Shown here piece after piece: positions 49,622 through 62,739 of a DNA stretch of 64,000 nt. This DNA is from Hemiscyllium ocellatum (lineage: Eukaryota): the NCBI RefSeq assembly GCF_020745735.1, contig NC_083434.1, positions 24,053,966-24,117,965 on the forward strand. Reading direction: 5' to 3'. Positions within the stretch are counted from its first letter, which is position 1. The number at the start of each line of letters is the position of its first letter. Under the pieces are notes generated by a model. The model saw nothing but the letters and a program-made list of their open reading frames with translations, was not told the origin of the DNA and did no database searches. The position numbers and the translations under genes were made by a program.

Positions 49622-52600
49622 TAGAGTCATAGAGATGTGCAGCATGGAAACAGACCCTTTGGTCCAACTCTTCCATGCCGACCAGATATTCCAACCCAAT
49701 CTAGTCCAACCTGCCAGCACTCTGCCCATATCCCTTCAAACCCTTCTTATTCATATACCCATCCAGATGTCTTTTAAATATTGCAATTGTACTAGCCTCC
49801 ACCACTTCATCTGGCAGCTCTTTCCATACATGTACCACCCTCTGTGTGAAAAAGTTGCTCCTTGGGTCCCTTTTATATCTTTCCGCTCTCACCCTAAACC
49901 TATGCCCTCCAGTTCTGGACTCCCCAACCCCAGGGAAGAGACTTTGTCTATTTATCCTATCTGTGCCCTATATGATTTGATAAACCTCTATAAGGTCACC
50001 CATCAGCCTGCGACACTCCAGGGAAAACAGCCCTAGCCTATTCACCTTCTTGCTATAGCTCAAATCCTCCAACCCCGGAGACATCCTTGTAAATGTTTTC
50101 TGAACCCTTTCAAGTTTCACAACATCCTTGCAATAGGAAGGAGACCAGAATTGCATGCAGTATGGTTAGGCCATTCAAAAGTGGCCTAACCAATGTCCTG
50201 TAAAGTCACAACATGATCTCCTAACTCGTGTATTAACACTCTGACCAATAAAGGAAAGAATACCAAATGCCGCCTTCGTTATCCTATCTACCTGCAGCTC
50301 CAGTTTCCAGGAGCTATGAACCTGCACTCCATGGTTTCTTTGTTCAGCAAAACTCCTTACCATTAAGTGTATAAGTCCTGCTAAGATTTGCTTTCCCAAA
50401 ATGCAGCACCTCACATTTATCTAAATTAAACTCCATCTGCCCCTCCTCAGCTCATTGGCCCATCTGATCAAGATCCTGTTATAATCTGAGATCGGAGAAA
50501 GTGAGGACTGCAGATGCTGGAGATTAGAGCTGAAAATGTGTTGCTGGAAAAGCGCAGCAGGTCAGGCAGCATCCAAGGAGAGGAGAGTCGACGTTTTGGG
50601 CATGAACCCTTCTTCAGGAATGAAGAAAGTGTGCCAAGCAGGCTAAGATAAAAGGTAGGGAAGAGGGACTTGGGGGAGGGGTGTTGGAAGTGCGATAAGT
50701 GGAAGGAGGTTAAGGTGAGGGTGATAGGCCGGGGTGGGGACGGAGAGGTCAGGAAGAAGATTGCAGGTTAGGAAGGTGGTGCTGAGTTTGAGGGTTGGGA
50801 CTGAGACAAGGTTGGGGGAGGGGAAATGAGGAAACTGGAGAAATCTGAGTTCATCCCTTATGGTTGGAGGGTTCCTAGGCGGAAGATGAGGTGCTCTTCC
50901 TCCAGCCATCGTGTTGCTATGGTCTGGCGATGGAGGAGGCCAAGGACCTGCATGTCCTTGATGGAGTGGGAGGGGGAGTTGAAGTGTTGAGCCACGGGAT
51001 GGTTGGGTTGGTTGGTCCGGGTGTCCCAGAGGTGTTCTCTGAAATGTTCCGCAAATTGGAGGAGGCCACAGCGGATGCAGTAAATGATGTGTGTGGAGGT
51101 GCAGGTGAATTTGTGGCGGATATGGAAGGATCTCTCGGGGCCTTGGAGAGAAGTAAGGGGGAATGGCTGCTCCTTTGGTTTGGAGGAAGTGGGAGGATTG
51201 GATAGTCATGGGCACCCGCATGGGCCCCAGCTATGCCTGCCTCTTCGTAGGATATGTGGAACTGTCCATCTTCCGCAGCTACACTGGCACCACCCTGCAC
51301 CTTTTCCTCCGCTACATCGATGACTATCGGTGCTGCCTTGTGCTCCCTTGAGGAGGTTGAACAGTTCATCCACTTTACCAACACCTTCCACCCTGACCTC
51401 AAATTTACCTGGACCATCTCAGACTCCTCTCTCCCTTTTTCCTCGACCTCTCCATTTCTATCTTGGACAACCGAATCAACACGGACATTTACTGTAAACC
51501 GACTGACTCCCACAGCTATCTAGACTACACCTCCTCCCACTCTGCCCCCTGTAAAAACGCCATCCCATATTCCCAATTCCTTCGTCTCCACCGCATCTGC
51601 TCCCAGGAGGACCAGTTCCAATACCGAACAACCAGATAGCCGCCTCCTTCAAAGACTGCAATTTCCCCCCCAGACGTGATCAATGATGCTCTCCACCGCA
51701 TCTCCTCCACTTCCCACTCCTCCGCCCTTGAGCCCCACCTCTCCAATCACCACCAGGACAGAACCCCACTGGTCCTCACCTACCACCCCACCAACCACCA
51801 TATACATCATATCATCTGTCGTCATTTCCGCCACCTCCAAACGGACCCCACCACCAGGGATATATTTCCCTCCCCTCCCCTATCAGCGTTCTGAAAAGAC
51901 CACTCCGTCCGTGACTCCCTCATCACGTCCACACCCCCCCCCCACCAACTCAACCTCCACTCCTGGTACATTCCCCTGCAACCGCAAGAAATGCAAAACT
52001 TGCGCCCACACCTTCTCCCTTACTTCCCTCCAAGGCCTCAAGGAATCCTTCCATATCTGTCACAAATTCACCTGCACCTCCACACTCATCATTTACTGCA
52101 CCCAATGTGGCCTCCTGTATATTGCAGAACATTTCAGAGAACACCTCTGGGACACCCGGACCAACCAATCCAACCACCCCATGGCTCAACACTTCAACTC
52201 CTCCTCCCACTCCACCAAGGACATGCAGGTCCTTGGACTCCTCCATGGACTGACCATAGCAACACGGCGGCTGGAGGAAGAGCACCTCATCTTCCGCCTA
52301 GAAACCCTCCAACCACAAGGAATGAACTCCGATTTCTCCAGTTTCCTCATTTCCCCTCCCCCCACCTTGTCTCAGTCCCAACCCTCGAACTCAGCACCAC
52401 CTTCCTAACCTGCAATCTTCTTCCTAACCTCTCCGGCCTATCACCCTCACCTTAACCTCCTTCCCCTTATCGCACTTCCAACGCCCCTCCCCCAAGTCCC
52501 TCCTCCCTACCTTTTAACTTAGCCTGCTTGGCACACTCTCCTCATAATCTGAGATAAACTTCTTTGCTGTTCCCTACACCTCCAATTTTGGTGTCTTCTG

Positions 52601-53570
52601 CAAACTTACTAACTGTACCTCTTATACTCACATTCAAATCATGAATATAAATGATGAGAAGTAGTGGGTCAGCACCAATCCCTGTGACACTGCACTGGTC
52701 CCAGGCCTCTAGTCTGAAAAACAACCCTCCACCACCACCCTCTGTCTTCTACGTTTGCGCCAGTTCTATATCCAAATGGTCAGTTCTCCCTGGATTCCAT
52801 GAGATCTAACCTTGTGAAATGTCTTACTGAAGTCCATATAGATCACGTCTACTGCTCTGCCCTCATCAATCCTCTTTGTTACATCTTCAAAAAAAATTCA
52901 ATCAAGTTCATGAGACATGATTTCCCACGCACAAAGCCATGTTGACTATCCCTAATCATTCCTTGCCTTTCCAAATACCTGTACATCCTGTCCCTCAGGA
53001 TTCCCTCCAACTCCTTGCCCACCATCAACATCAGGCTCATTGGTCTATAGTTCCTTGACCTGTCTTTACCACCCTCCTTAAACAGTGGCACCATGTTAGC
53101 CAACCTCCATTCTTCTGGCACCTCACCTGTGACTATCGATGATACAAATATCTCAGCAAGGGGCCCAGCAATTATCCACTTCTTTGCATTTCAAGACATC
53201 CAGCACCACCACCTGTGTAATATGGACATTTTTCAAGATGTCAACATCTATTTCCCTGCATTATATATCTTCCATGTCCTTTCCCACAATAAACACTGAT
53301 GCAAAAATACTCATTTTCTTTTACCACCTGCGACTCTACACAAAGGCCACCTTGCTGATCTTTTGAGAGGCCCTATTCACTCCCTAGGTACCCTTTTGTC
53401 CTTAATGTATTTGTAAAAACCCTTTGAATTCTCCTTAACTCAAACTCCTGTCCCCTTTTTGCCCTCCTGATTTCCCTCTTAACTATGCTCATACTGTCTT
53501 TATACTCTTCTAAGGATTCACTCAATCTATCCTCTCTATATCTGACATATGCTTCCTTTTTCTTAACCAA
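49622..53570 (-). mobile_element. CR1 LINE (ORF2 3' ~1.9 kb) split by a Penelope insertion
   Basis: PEEWRLANMVPLFKEGGK...NYRPMSL...QHGFVRGKSCLMNLIEFF and SKFAEDTK; the sequence resumes colinearly on both sides of 50493-52543. Confidence 0.88.
50493..52543 (+). mobile_element. Penelope-like element: inverted 3' copy followed by an RT/GIY-YIG fragment
   Basis: TSD ATAATCTGAGAT at 50481-50492 and 52544-52555; MGTRMGPSYACLFVGYVE, FLRYIDD, PYSQFLRLHRICS, CKTCAH motifs; ~50625-51155 is the inverse of ~52015-52543. Confidence 0.9.
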
Positions 53571-54137
53571 ATGTGGGAAATTACAAGCTTATTTCATCAC
53601 CGTATGTTAGCAAACTGTTTAACAAGAGGTGAGGGCCTCTATGCAGCCTGGTGACGTGGCCCAGGGTGGTCTGCTTGAAGGACTGTAGTGCTGAACATTT
53701 TATTTCTTTATCTTTCTAATTTATTCTTAAGATCCTGGACCTTGGTATTTTTGTACACAATGCTGCCACCGATGGTGCCAACTTGTAAACTTTTCACTGC
53801 ACTCGCGTTGAGTCGATGTGAAAATAAACCTCATTCTAATTTTTATTCTGAGAGGCCATAGGAAGTTAAGTCGACTATATCATACATTTATAAGTTGATT
53901 TTGTATCTATAGGTGATATTACCAAAGGGCAGCATACAGCCACAGAGGATGAATGAGCATGACTGTATAAATATATCCTTGTGTGTGAGAATAAGAGGTT
54001 GTGTTAACATGGTCAAGACTCTTACACCCAAATATTCTGATCGCTAGGTAGTCACTGGAGTAGCATGGCTTGTAGTTGCAGATCAGGACTATGCAGAATC
54101 TCAGATGTAGAAATCTCCTTAGGAATTGCTTGGGAAA

Positions 54138-54247
54138 GGAGAAAGTGAGGTCTGCAGATGCTGATGAAGGGCTTATGCCCGAAACGTCGAATTTCCTGTT
54201 CCTTGGATGCTGCCTGACCTGCGCTTTTCCAGCAACACATTTTCAGC
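54138..54247. mobile_element. 110-bp Penelope-derived element with intact hammerhead core
   Basis: TSD AATTGCTTGGGAAA at 54124-54137 and 54248-54261; CTGATGA A GGGC TTAT GCCC GAAAC GTC at 54161-54188. Confidence 0.8.
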
Positions 54248-54934
54248 AATTGCTTGGGAAATTCAAGATTCATTGGGCAATTCTCCTACATCTGGAACTC
54301 TGAAAGAATCTGTTTAAAGTTGGAGATTTGAAAGGTTGTTTAGGTTAAGCTAATAATCTGGGAAAAGTAAAAGATTGAAAACATAGTCCTCCCCTGGGTG
54401 AGTATTAAACTGGCCACTCGTGCACTCCAGAATAAATGATTGAGCCCAATGTCCTAACCTACCTGCACATTCTGTAACATTTTGGGTGCCTTAATCAACC
54501 ATCACCCTAACTTCACACTTAGCTAGATGCTTAGCCTTTCACAGAAGCTGTCAAAGTGGCTGGAAATTTGATATAGGATACAGCATCTGCTGCTGTGAAA
54601 AAGGGGGTGAAGTTAGACTTCACTACCCTATTCGGTACCACAAGGATACTATTGGGTTTCAGATATGCTTCACATTTCTGAAGGAGCTGGGATTGGAATT
54701 GCCAGTCAGCAATGCAGAACTCTGACTAATGACATTATGTTAGAGTGGAATGACAATCTGATGCTGATTTTGTTGCTACTTGGAATTATCTGGACCTTAA
54801 TTTCCAATGTATTCCCAAAATCCTAGATCTTCATGAAATACTGATTTGTTATCCATAAAACTTGCATGGGGTGCTCTAAAGATGTAAGTTGATGAAGTTC
54901 ATTTGTTTCCTTGCATAGTGTAATTTTTTTTATT

Positions 54935-55260
54935 CTTTCATGCAGTGTGGGTTTTGCTATAGTTCGTCCAGAGTTGCCCTTAAATAACCAGGCAACTGCA
55001 GAGAGCAATTAAGCATCATCCACATTGTTGTCAGTTTGGACTCACATATAGGCTAGATAGGGTAAGGATCTCAGATTTGCTAAAGAGCTTTAGTGAACCA
55101 GGTCTTTTTTTTTAAAAAGAGTAATTGATGATAACCGTCATAGTCACCATTTCTGAGAGTATTGTTTATATTCCAAATTGATTTCATTGGATTTAAAATC
55201 CTCCTATTGGCATTTAAACCCCTTTCCATATAAATCTGGTTGTTGGATTAGTGTGCTGTA
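54935..55260 (-). mobile_element. Old SINE (second family)
   Basis: Inverse similarity to 24885-25045 and a LINE-like tail. Confidence 0.45.
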
Positions 55261-56419
55261 ACCAACAACACCCCCCCCCCCCCCCCCACCCCCGCCAAAA
55301 TTGAATATCTACCCTCTGGAGCCATGTGCATGATTATTTTTTTTTAAATCTATGATTTTTTTTCTAACTCACCCTGGGATTTTTTTTCTCTATTTCATTG
55401 TGTTTCTGCCATTGTTAGCATATCAGCTGCTGAGTCACAGTGAATTCACTTTCTGCAAAGGACCACACTAAAACATTTGTGTTGATTTTCTCAGTAAATA
55501 CAGATCTCTCACTGATATTTTGGTCTCAATCCATAGTTGTTACCTCATTCTCTTTCTCTGACCTAAAATAACATGACCTAAAGGAACATGTTTTCTGTGT
55601 ACTGTGGCTGACCAGATCAAGGGGAAAGGAAAGTTGGGTGGGATGTACAGAGTGGCTGATTTGCTTCTGCCTGGTTTGCATCCACTTTAGAATTAAATTT
55701 TATGCCCATGGCTTTATATTCAGATCTGAAAGGTGATCAAGTTTTAAAATGCCATGATTTTCATTGAAGCTGCAAATTGATTCTTTGGTTAACACATTGC
55801 ATGTATAATAGTAAACCATACCAAACGTATGGTACGTCATAATTGTTGGTTGGGATAGTCATTGTGTGGAAGAATAGAAAGGAATAGAAAATACCATGTG
55901 CATGTTTGTGATATCAATATGTTCCTTGCTGGAGATCTTTGAACATAAGGATAGGCTTTATAATAGTCACATAGCTCCTTAGCTTCCTAATCATATGAAC
56001 GATTCCTACTTGGAGGAACTGTTGGATGGTTGTTTCGAACTACTTAAACCCTATACAAACGTAACGCATCATTTCTGAGTTTAAGGAATGGGGGAAAAGT
56101 GTACATTCCTTTCAGTCCAGGTGTTTTCATCCAAAGTTTGTTTTTGTACAGTGAAAGTGGATAACTTTTTAAAACTGGTAAAATATCTGAGTTCTCAAAA
56201 TGTCACAATTTACCAATTACCAAATAACTCTGCAAGATAATACTTGCACTTAATTAGCTGTTTATGAGATTAAACTGGCTTGAGCCTCCTTTCTAAACTT
56301 TAAAAAATGGCCACTGTGGATTTCCGTTTCTTTTTCAATATTTACTTTCTGAAGTAAATTTAGATGTTGTGATTGTCTAAGAATAGGCCATGGGATCTTC
56401 TAGTTTATAATGTTACTGT

Positions 56420-58460
56420 AAAATAAGAGCTGGAGTAGTTCAATCAGTTCTTTCAGCTGACTTGGCCGTTCAATCACCCCATAATTGATCTGAAGGTGGC
56501 TTTAACTTCACTTGGCTGTCCTCTGTGACCCTTAATGCTGTCCCTTCAAATATCTATCGAGCTCTGCCTTTTAAATATATTCAGTTACCCAGCATACACC
56601 CATCGATAACTTCAATGATTAATGACCCATTGAGAGAAGACATTATTTCATCCCTGACTTATGGGACACCCCTTTGTGTCCCTACGTTCTCTATTCTTTC
56701 AGGAGAGGAAGCAATCTGTCCGATCAACCCTCTTAAGAGCCTTGCATTTTTCGATAAAGCTGCTGTTAATTCTTTTAAACTTCGATAAGTTTAGACTTAA
56801 CTTTTCATCATGAGACAACTCCTATCCTCCCAGCAACCAGCCTTACAAGCATTCCATGAGCTCTTATATCCTCCTTTTAAATAAGGATATCAAAATTGCA
56901 TCCGAAGTGCAGTCTCATCAACTCACTGTATAGTTATGATCTGTCTTCCCTTTTGTCATAAAGGGAATGAAGTATTAAAAAAACACAGCATTCAGTTTGC
57001 CATTAAGGACACCAGATCCCTCAGTAATGCAAGCTTCTGCAGTCTATCTCCATTTTAAATGATCTGTTTTTCTTACATAAATGGACAATTTTACATTATG
57101 CTGCATTTACTAAATCTTTTACTCCATTATCCTATCTTTTTCCCTTTGCACACTCCTCACAACTTGCTGTCTTGCATGTTTTTGTATAAGCAGCAAATTT
57201 GGCTACATTATAGTCAGCCCCTTCAACCAGTCCTTTTAATAGATCAGAAATAGCTGCTGCCCTAGCACTGATTCCTTTGACACTTGTGTGTTAGTTTGCT
57301 AACATGCTTCTTATTAGTTAACTAATTCTCTGTCTGTGTTAATATATCACCACCAAAACTATGAACTCTTATGCTTTCTTTATGGCTCCTTACCAGATGC
57401 TATTTGGAAATCCAAATACACTACATCTACTAATTAATCTTTATCCACTCTACTTGTTACATCCTCCAAGCAATGTAATAAATCAGTTAAACACAACTGC
57501 CCCTCCATAAACCATTTTGGCTCTGCCCGATTGAACATGTAGAAAGTAATTCTACTCCTAAAATAAAGATTTATAGCATTTGCCTGGTGGTAGATGTTAG
57601 ACCAATTGGCTTATAGCTTGCTGGGTTTTTCCCCCCCTTTTTTGAATAGTGGTGTTCCATTTTGAGGCTTTTTAATCTGCAGAAACAATTCCAGAACTCT
57701 AGAGAATTTTGAAAGATTGTAACCAATGCATCCATCATCTCTGCAGCCTCTTCCCAAACTATTTCCTACTAACCCCATTTCAAGGTGTGAAAATTGTGGT
57801 GATTGATGAGTGGTGCTGGGAATGAAGAGCAGATGTATGAGTGCAGTGAAGATAAGTCATTGCTACCTCTGAGCTCACAACCCCATTTGGGATCCCAGCC
57901 CCAACTTTCGTACTGAAGGATTTTTAAAAAATTTTCCTTTGCTAATTTCTAAAACTATCCAAACCTTCTGGTCCACAACTACTTTTAGTAGCATTGAACT
58001 CTTTGAATTTGATACCATCCGGAGGCCACAGTTAGCCAAAGATGGTGCAGCCTTCTCATGAACTCATTATTTCTCATAGTTGGGTTATTTTTGAGAGCTA
58101 TGAAATATTTTCTTAAAAGTCAGCAACTGCTTCTCTGCCATCTTGCCTTTTAACCTATTTTCCCAGTCACTATCCAACTGTCTTTATACCTTTTTTTAGG
58201 GTTAAGTTATAGTACTAGTTTATGATGCAAATTCCACAGCCTTGAACTGAATGTGAAATTCTATCGTGTTCTGGTCATCCTTTATTTAGAAGATCCTTTT
58301 ACCTTGAGGTAATTAATTAATCAATCCCTTCTCATTACACGTTGCTAAGCATAAAATAACCAGTTCCTTGGTTGGTTCCAGAACATGATATTCAAAGAAA
58401 CTGCCTGAATGCGCTAAACAAATTCATCCATCAAGCTACCTTTGTCAATTTAATTTGTTT
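56420..58460 (-). mobile_element. Old, heavily decayed CR1 LINE
   Basis: Patchy inverse similarity to CR1 ORF2 (e.g. ttggaaatccaaatacactacatctact, gatgttagaccaattggcttatag). Confidence 0.55.
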
Positions 58461-60892
58461 GATCTGGAATAAATCTTCTGCATCTGTCAAATCATGAATC
58501 GCGAATTCACCTATCCAAGCCAAAAATAAGTAGCAACAAAAATCTTACATCCCTAATTTTTAACCTACTTTAAACGAGCTGTACACTCGCGAATTTCATC
58601 ATTTGTCTGGATTCTCAGGATTGGAGCCCACACAGAAGCAGTGGAATGACCATGTATATATAAAAGTTGAAATTTCCCAAGATTAATGTTAATACCTTTC
58701 TTGTAAGCTCCTATTATTTATTGATATATATTCTATCTTAGTGTTGCAACTTCAGCTGGACAATAAGCAACTCTTGTCAGGTACTTTCATTTTGCTATTT
58801 CCTATCTTAACCCAAATTGTATCTATGTTTTGATCTACCAAGTCATGTCCTTTTGTACTGATGTCATCCTTGATTAACAGTGCTACGCAAACTCATTTTC
58901 CTTTCTTCCTGTCCCTTGTAATATGTCAAATATCCTTGAATGTTCAGGTTCCAACTGTGGCCAGTTGTTCATTACATGGACATGTTTGCAGTCATACCAT
59001 GCTCATTTTTGGTGTGTTATCAATTCATCCATCTTGTTACAAATGCATGCAATTAGGTAAAGAGGTCAGTATACTTCTACAGCTCATTTATCCACCATGA
59101 TTTGAAAGACTTGTGCTTTAATCTCGCCTTTGCAACCCCTGTCAGTAGCTGAAAGACTAGGGTTAAAATAATCTAATTTCTGCTGTTGCTTATGTAAGAT
59201 GCAGTATGATTTTGGGTGGAGGAGAAGAGAGACTGAAGGAAAGAAACTAACCCAAAATGCAAGGTACCTTACTGGACCAGGATTTCAAATGGCAAAAACC
59301 TCTTTTAATAGCATTACCTCTCGCTTCTCAAAATTTGACCTCTATTTAGATTGTTTGTACTAAATTAAATTTATTACCACAAGATTGAGCTATTTCTTTG
59401 TGGATTTAAATAACATATAGTATACTTTAGCAATAAAATAAGTCTGTGTTTGTCACCATTGCTGGTAGAGCACTTTGTGCCCATGTGTAAGTATATCTGT
59501 TGTTGGTATAGTAGGCTGATGCAGACAGGAACTCACCTACACTACTGAATGATATCAGTTGCAGTAGTAGAGTGTTTTAATTGAAAATTTAGCACTTACT
59601 GGGAGTAATGCATTAAAGCTTTGAATAAGATAAACAATTCTGTAATAAAATCATAGCAAACTTCAAACATTTCTCAACTTTAAGCATTTTTCAACTTTAT
59701 GATATTAGGAAGTTACTGTGACACGCTTCATCATAGAGATGTACAGCACAGAAACAGATGCTTAGGTCCAACTCGTCCATGACAACCAGATATCCTAAAC
59801 TAATCTAATCCCATTTACCGGCACTTGGTCCCTATCCCTCTCAACCCTTCCTATTCATACACCCATCCAGATGATTCTATGGCTCTAGACTACAATTCTT
59901 GGTTGGGCACGCACAAAATAATGCATTATACAATCCAAAGCTTAAAAATTCCTGCCTTTAATAAAATGTGCATTCTCTGATTATTATGACTTCTGTGTAG
60001 GAAGATATGCTGTCATTTCTTTTAAACTTGTATCAATCACACTGGATTCAACTTGGTACAAATATGTAAACTTAAAACAAGTGTTTCATTGGGAATCTGG
60101 AGCCCAAAGCTTACAAACAATGCACTCTGAAATTAAAAGAAAACACAGAAGAATATAAATGGCATATAATAAATTTTATTCACTTGTTGAACTTAAATGC
60201 TGGCACAGCCAGTGATATCTATTGTCTGTCCCTAGTTGCCCTTGAGAAAGTGGCGATGAGCTACCTTCCTGAGCCACCATGGTCCATGTGCTATACGTAG
60301 ATCCACAATGCTGTTAGGAAGGGAATTCTGGGACTTTGTCCCAATAATTGTAAAGGAACAGCAATATATTTCCAAATCAGGAATGGTTTTGAGGGGAACT
60401 TGCAACTTCTGGTGTTCTCTCATATCCGACTCCCTTATCGTTCTGAATAGTAGTGGCCGTTAGGAACATGCTCTCTAAGGATCTTTGGTGAATTTCTGCA
60501 GTGCATCTTGCATATGGTGTACACTGCTGCTACTGAGTGTCAGGGGTAGAGGGAATGAATGTTAGTGGATGTGGTGCAAATCAAGTGAAATGCATTATCT
60601 TGGTTGCTTTGAAACTTCTTGTGAAGGACCTGCACTCATTTAGGCAAGTAAGTATCCCACCACACTGGTATCTGACCTGCCCTTCCATTCTATTTCTGTG
60701 GTTAATCCAGTTCAGGTTCTGGCAATTTCATTAGGTTATTTATAGTACGTTAATCTTGCACAGCCATTGAACTAGATATTCCAAGCACCTTTTTGAAAAA
60801 GACATAATTGTGCCTATATTTATATGGTTAAACTGTTGAGCTTTTTTTTTAAATGTATGCTTTTTCCCCCACCCGTATCTCTGTCTGTTCAG

Positions 60893-61015
60893 CATGTATG
60901 GAGTGAAAGTGAAGACTGCCTACCATTCCTACAATTGGTACAAGAATACATCTTATCCTGTGGAAAGAAGACTCTCTCTGAAGTACTGGAAAAAGTGTTT
61001 AAATCATTTAAACCT
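60893..61015 (+). CDS. MTURN: MTURN coding exon 2; exon 3 lies beyond the window
   Basis: ctgttcag| HVWSESEDCLPFLQLVQEYILSCGKKTLSEVLEKVFKSFKP |gtaagt; 123 nt, phase 0. Confidence 0.94.
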
Positions 61016-62739
61016 GTAAGTGCACAAATTACTCTTCAAAAGAAAATCTGGAATGAACTATTTAAACAAAATATTATCTTAATTATTCATATTTTACGTA
61101 AACTGTGTATAGATGGAAATAAATAGTTTTTAACTTTGTGCCTGATAGTTGTTTAAAAGGAAATTGTTTTCGGCAGACTATCTCTTACACCCCCATCTTT
61201 GCTTTTATCATCAATTGTTCATTATTGAAATGGTTCTTAGTGATTCCTTTCACTATAATTCTTGAACAACCCTAATTGAATTTAGCAGGTTGTTACAGTA
61301 TATTTACACTGAAGCCTTTCACTTATTTTGGGGTTGAAGCTAATCCAGACAGTGTACTTTAAGGGACATGGGAAATTAATTTGACCAGAATTAACCAAGT
61401 GCTCAAAATCAAATTTATGCAGTTGCTAAAAACAACCTGAAAGAGAAATGGGAAATACTAGCAATAATCAGTGTAATAGGCAGTACTTTTGGAAGAAGAA
61501 ACAAGCATTTCAGATATTGTAAAGTGAGTTGTATTCTCCACATTAATGTGAGACCTGTGAATGGACGTCTGTAATTTAAAGGTTAATCTCTCAAATGAGC
61601 ATAATTAGTTTTTGAATTGGGAGAGAAAATGGTTTGGTGATAGAATGCAAGAAACCTTTGAAGTTGAAATGTGTTGTTGGGCAAAGTACTGCTTGCTGAT
61701 AATATTAATGCCAGAAATGAACATTGTTCAATTTACTAGCACTGATAATCCTCATCTATATTTGCCAACTGCATTTCTTATCTCCTGAACTTCTTGCTAT
61801 TCCTGAATCTTCCTCTTTCTTGGAGGATTGGGGAGCTGTCAATTTTCAAGAGAAGGGAGAAATATATCCTTTAGTGTATCGCAAACAATTATGACTTTAC
61901 CTCTGGTGTAAAGGTTTCCTCATTTCTTCAATTTATAATTGGTGTGATTGCATTAGATAATTGAGCAATGACCACTGTGTCTTGCTGTAAACAGTGTAAA
62001 TACTGTTCTTTTCATGGTACTTTTTAAACCATAAGTACAATAGAATTTTCAGCAATTCTAAATAGATTAGGAAATCTCCATCAGGTTCATTTTTGAAATG
62101 TTGAATTCTGATATTTTTATACTTACTGTTTAAGCAAGGGAAATAAGCTGACTTGGCACAATTTCTGTTAAACCCAAAGGGTCAGCCATTACAGTGCAAG
62201 ACATACAATGTTTTTGCAAAACACTTCATATTTAAAATACATAGATATTAATGTATAAGGTGTTTATGACACCAAAATGCATATTTAAGTCTATATGTCT
62301 GTTTAGCTGTCTGAATAGATTCCCCAAGTTTCATCTAGTACATTCCTGGTTCGTGCTATATCTGGAGTCAACATCTGTTTTTCACCTCAGAAATGCATTT
62401 TTGGGATTGTATTTTTAAGCAGACAGTATGTTGTTGCTAGCAGATTGTGCTCATAACAGAGCCCACATAATGACCAAACAGGAATGGATACTGCAAATGA
62501 GTGGTTTTTAGCTGGTTTTAAGCTAAAATTTGTTATATTTGCGAACTGATCAACTTTTCTTTTTATAAATCTACAATTGTGAGTAGAGTGGGTTCCTTTT
62601 TGATTATGTGTTTTATTGAGATCTGTCTCTTGATTTAAGCTTTTAAAAATATAAAATATAGGTACTAAGTTAGCCTGGAGCAGTGTTTTGTAGAGCAGTA
62701 AAACTATAGACTGTAAAGATGCAAAGATGGCCTTTAGTG

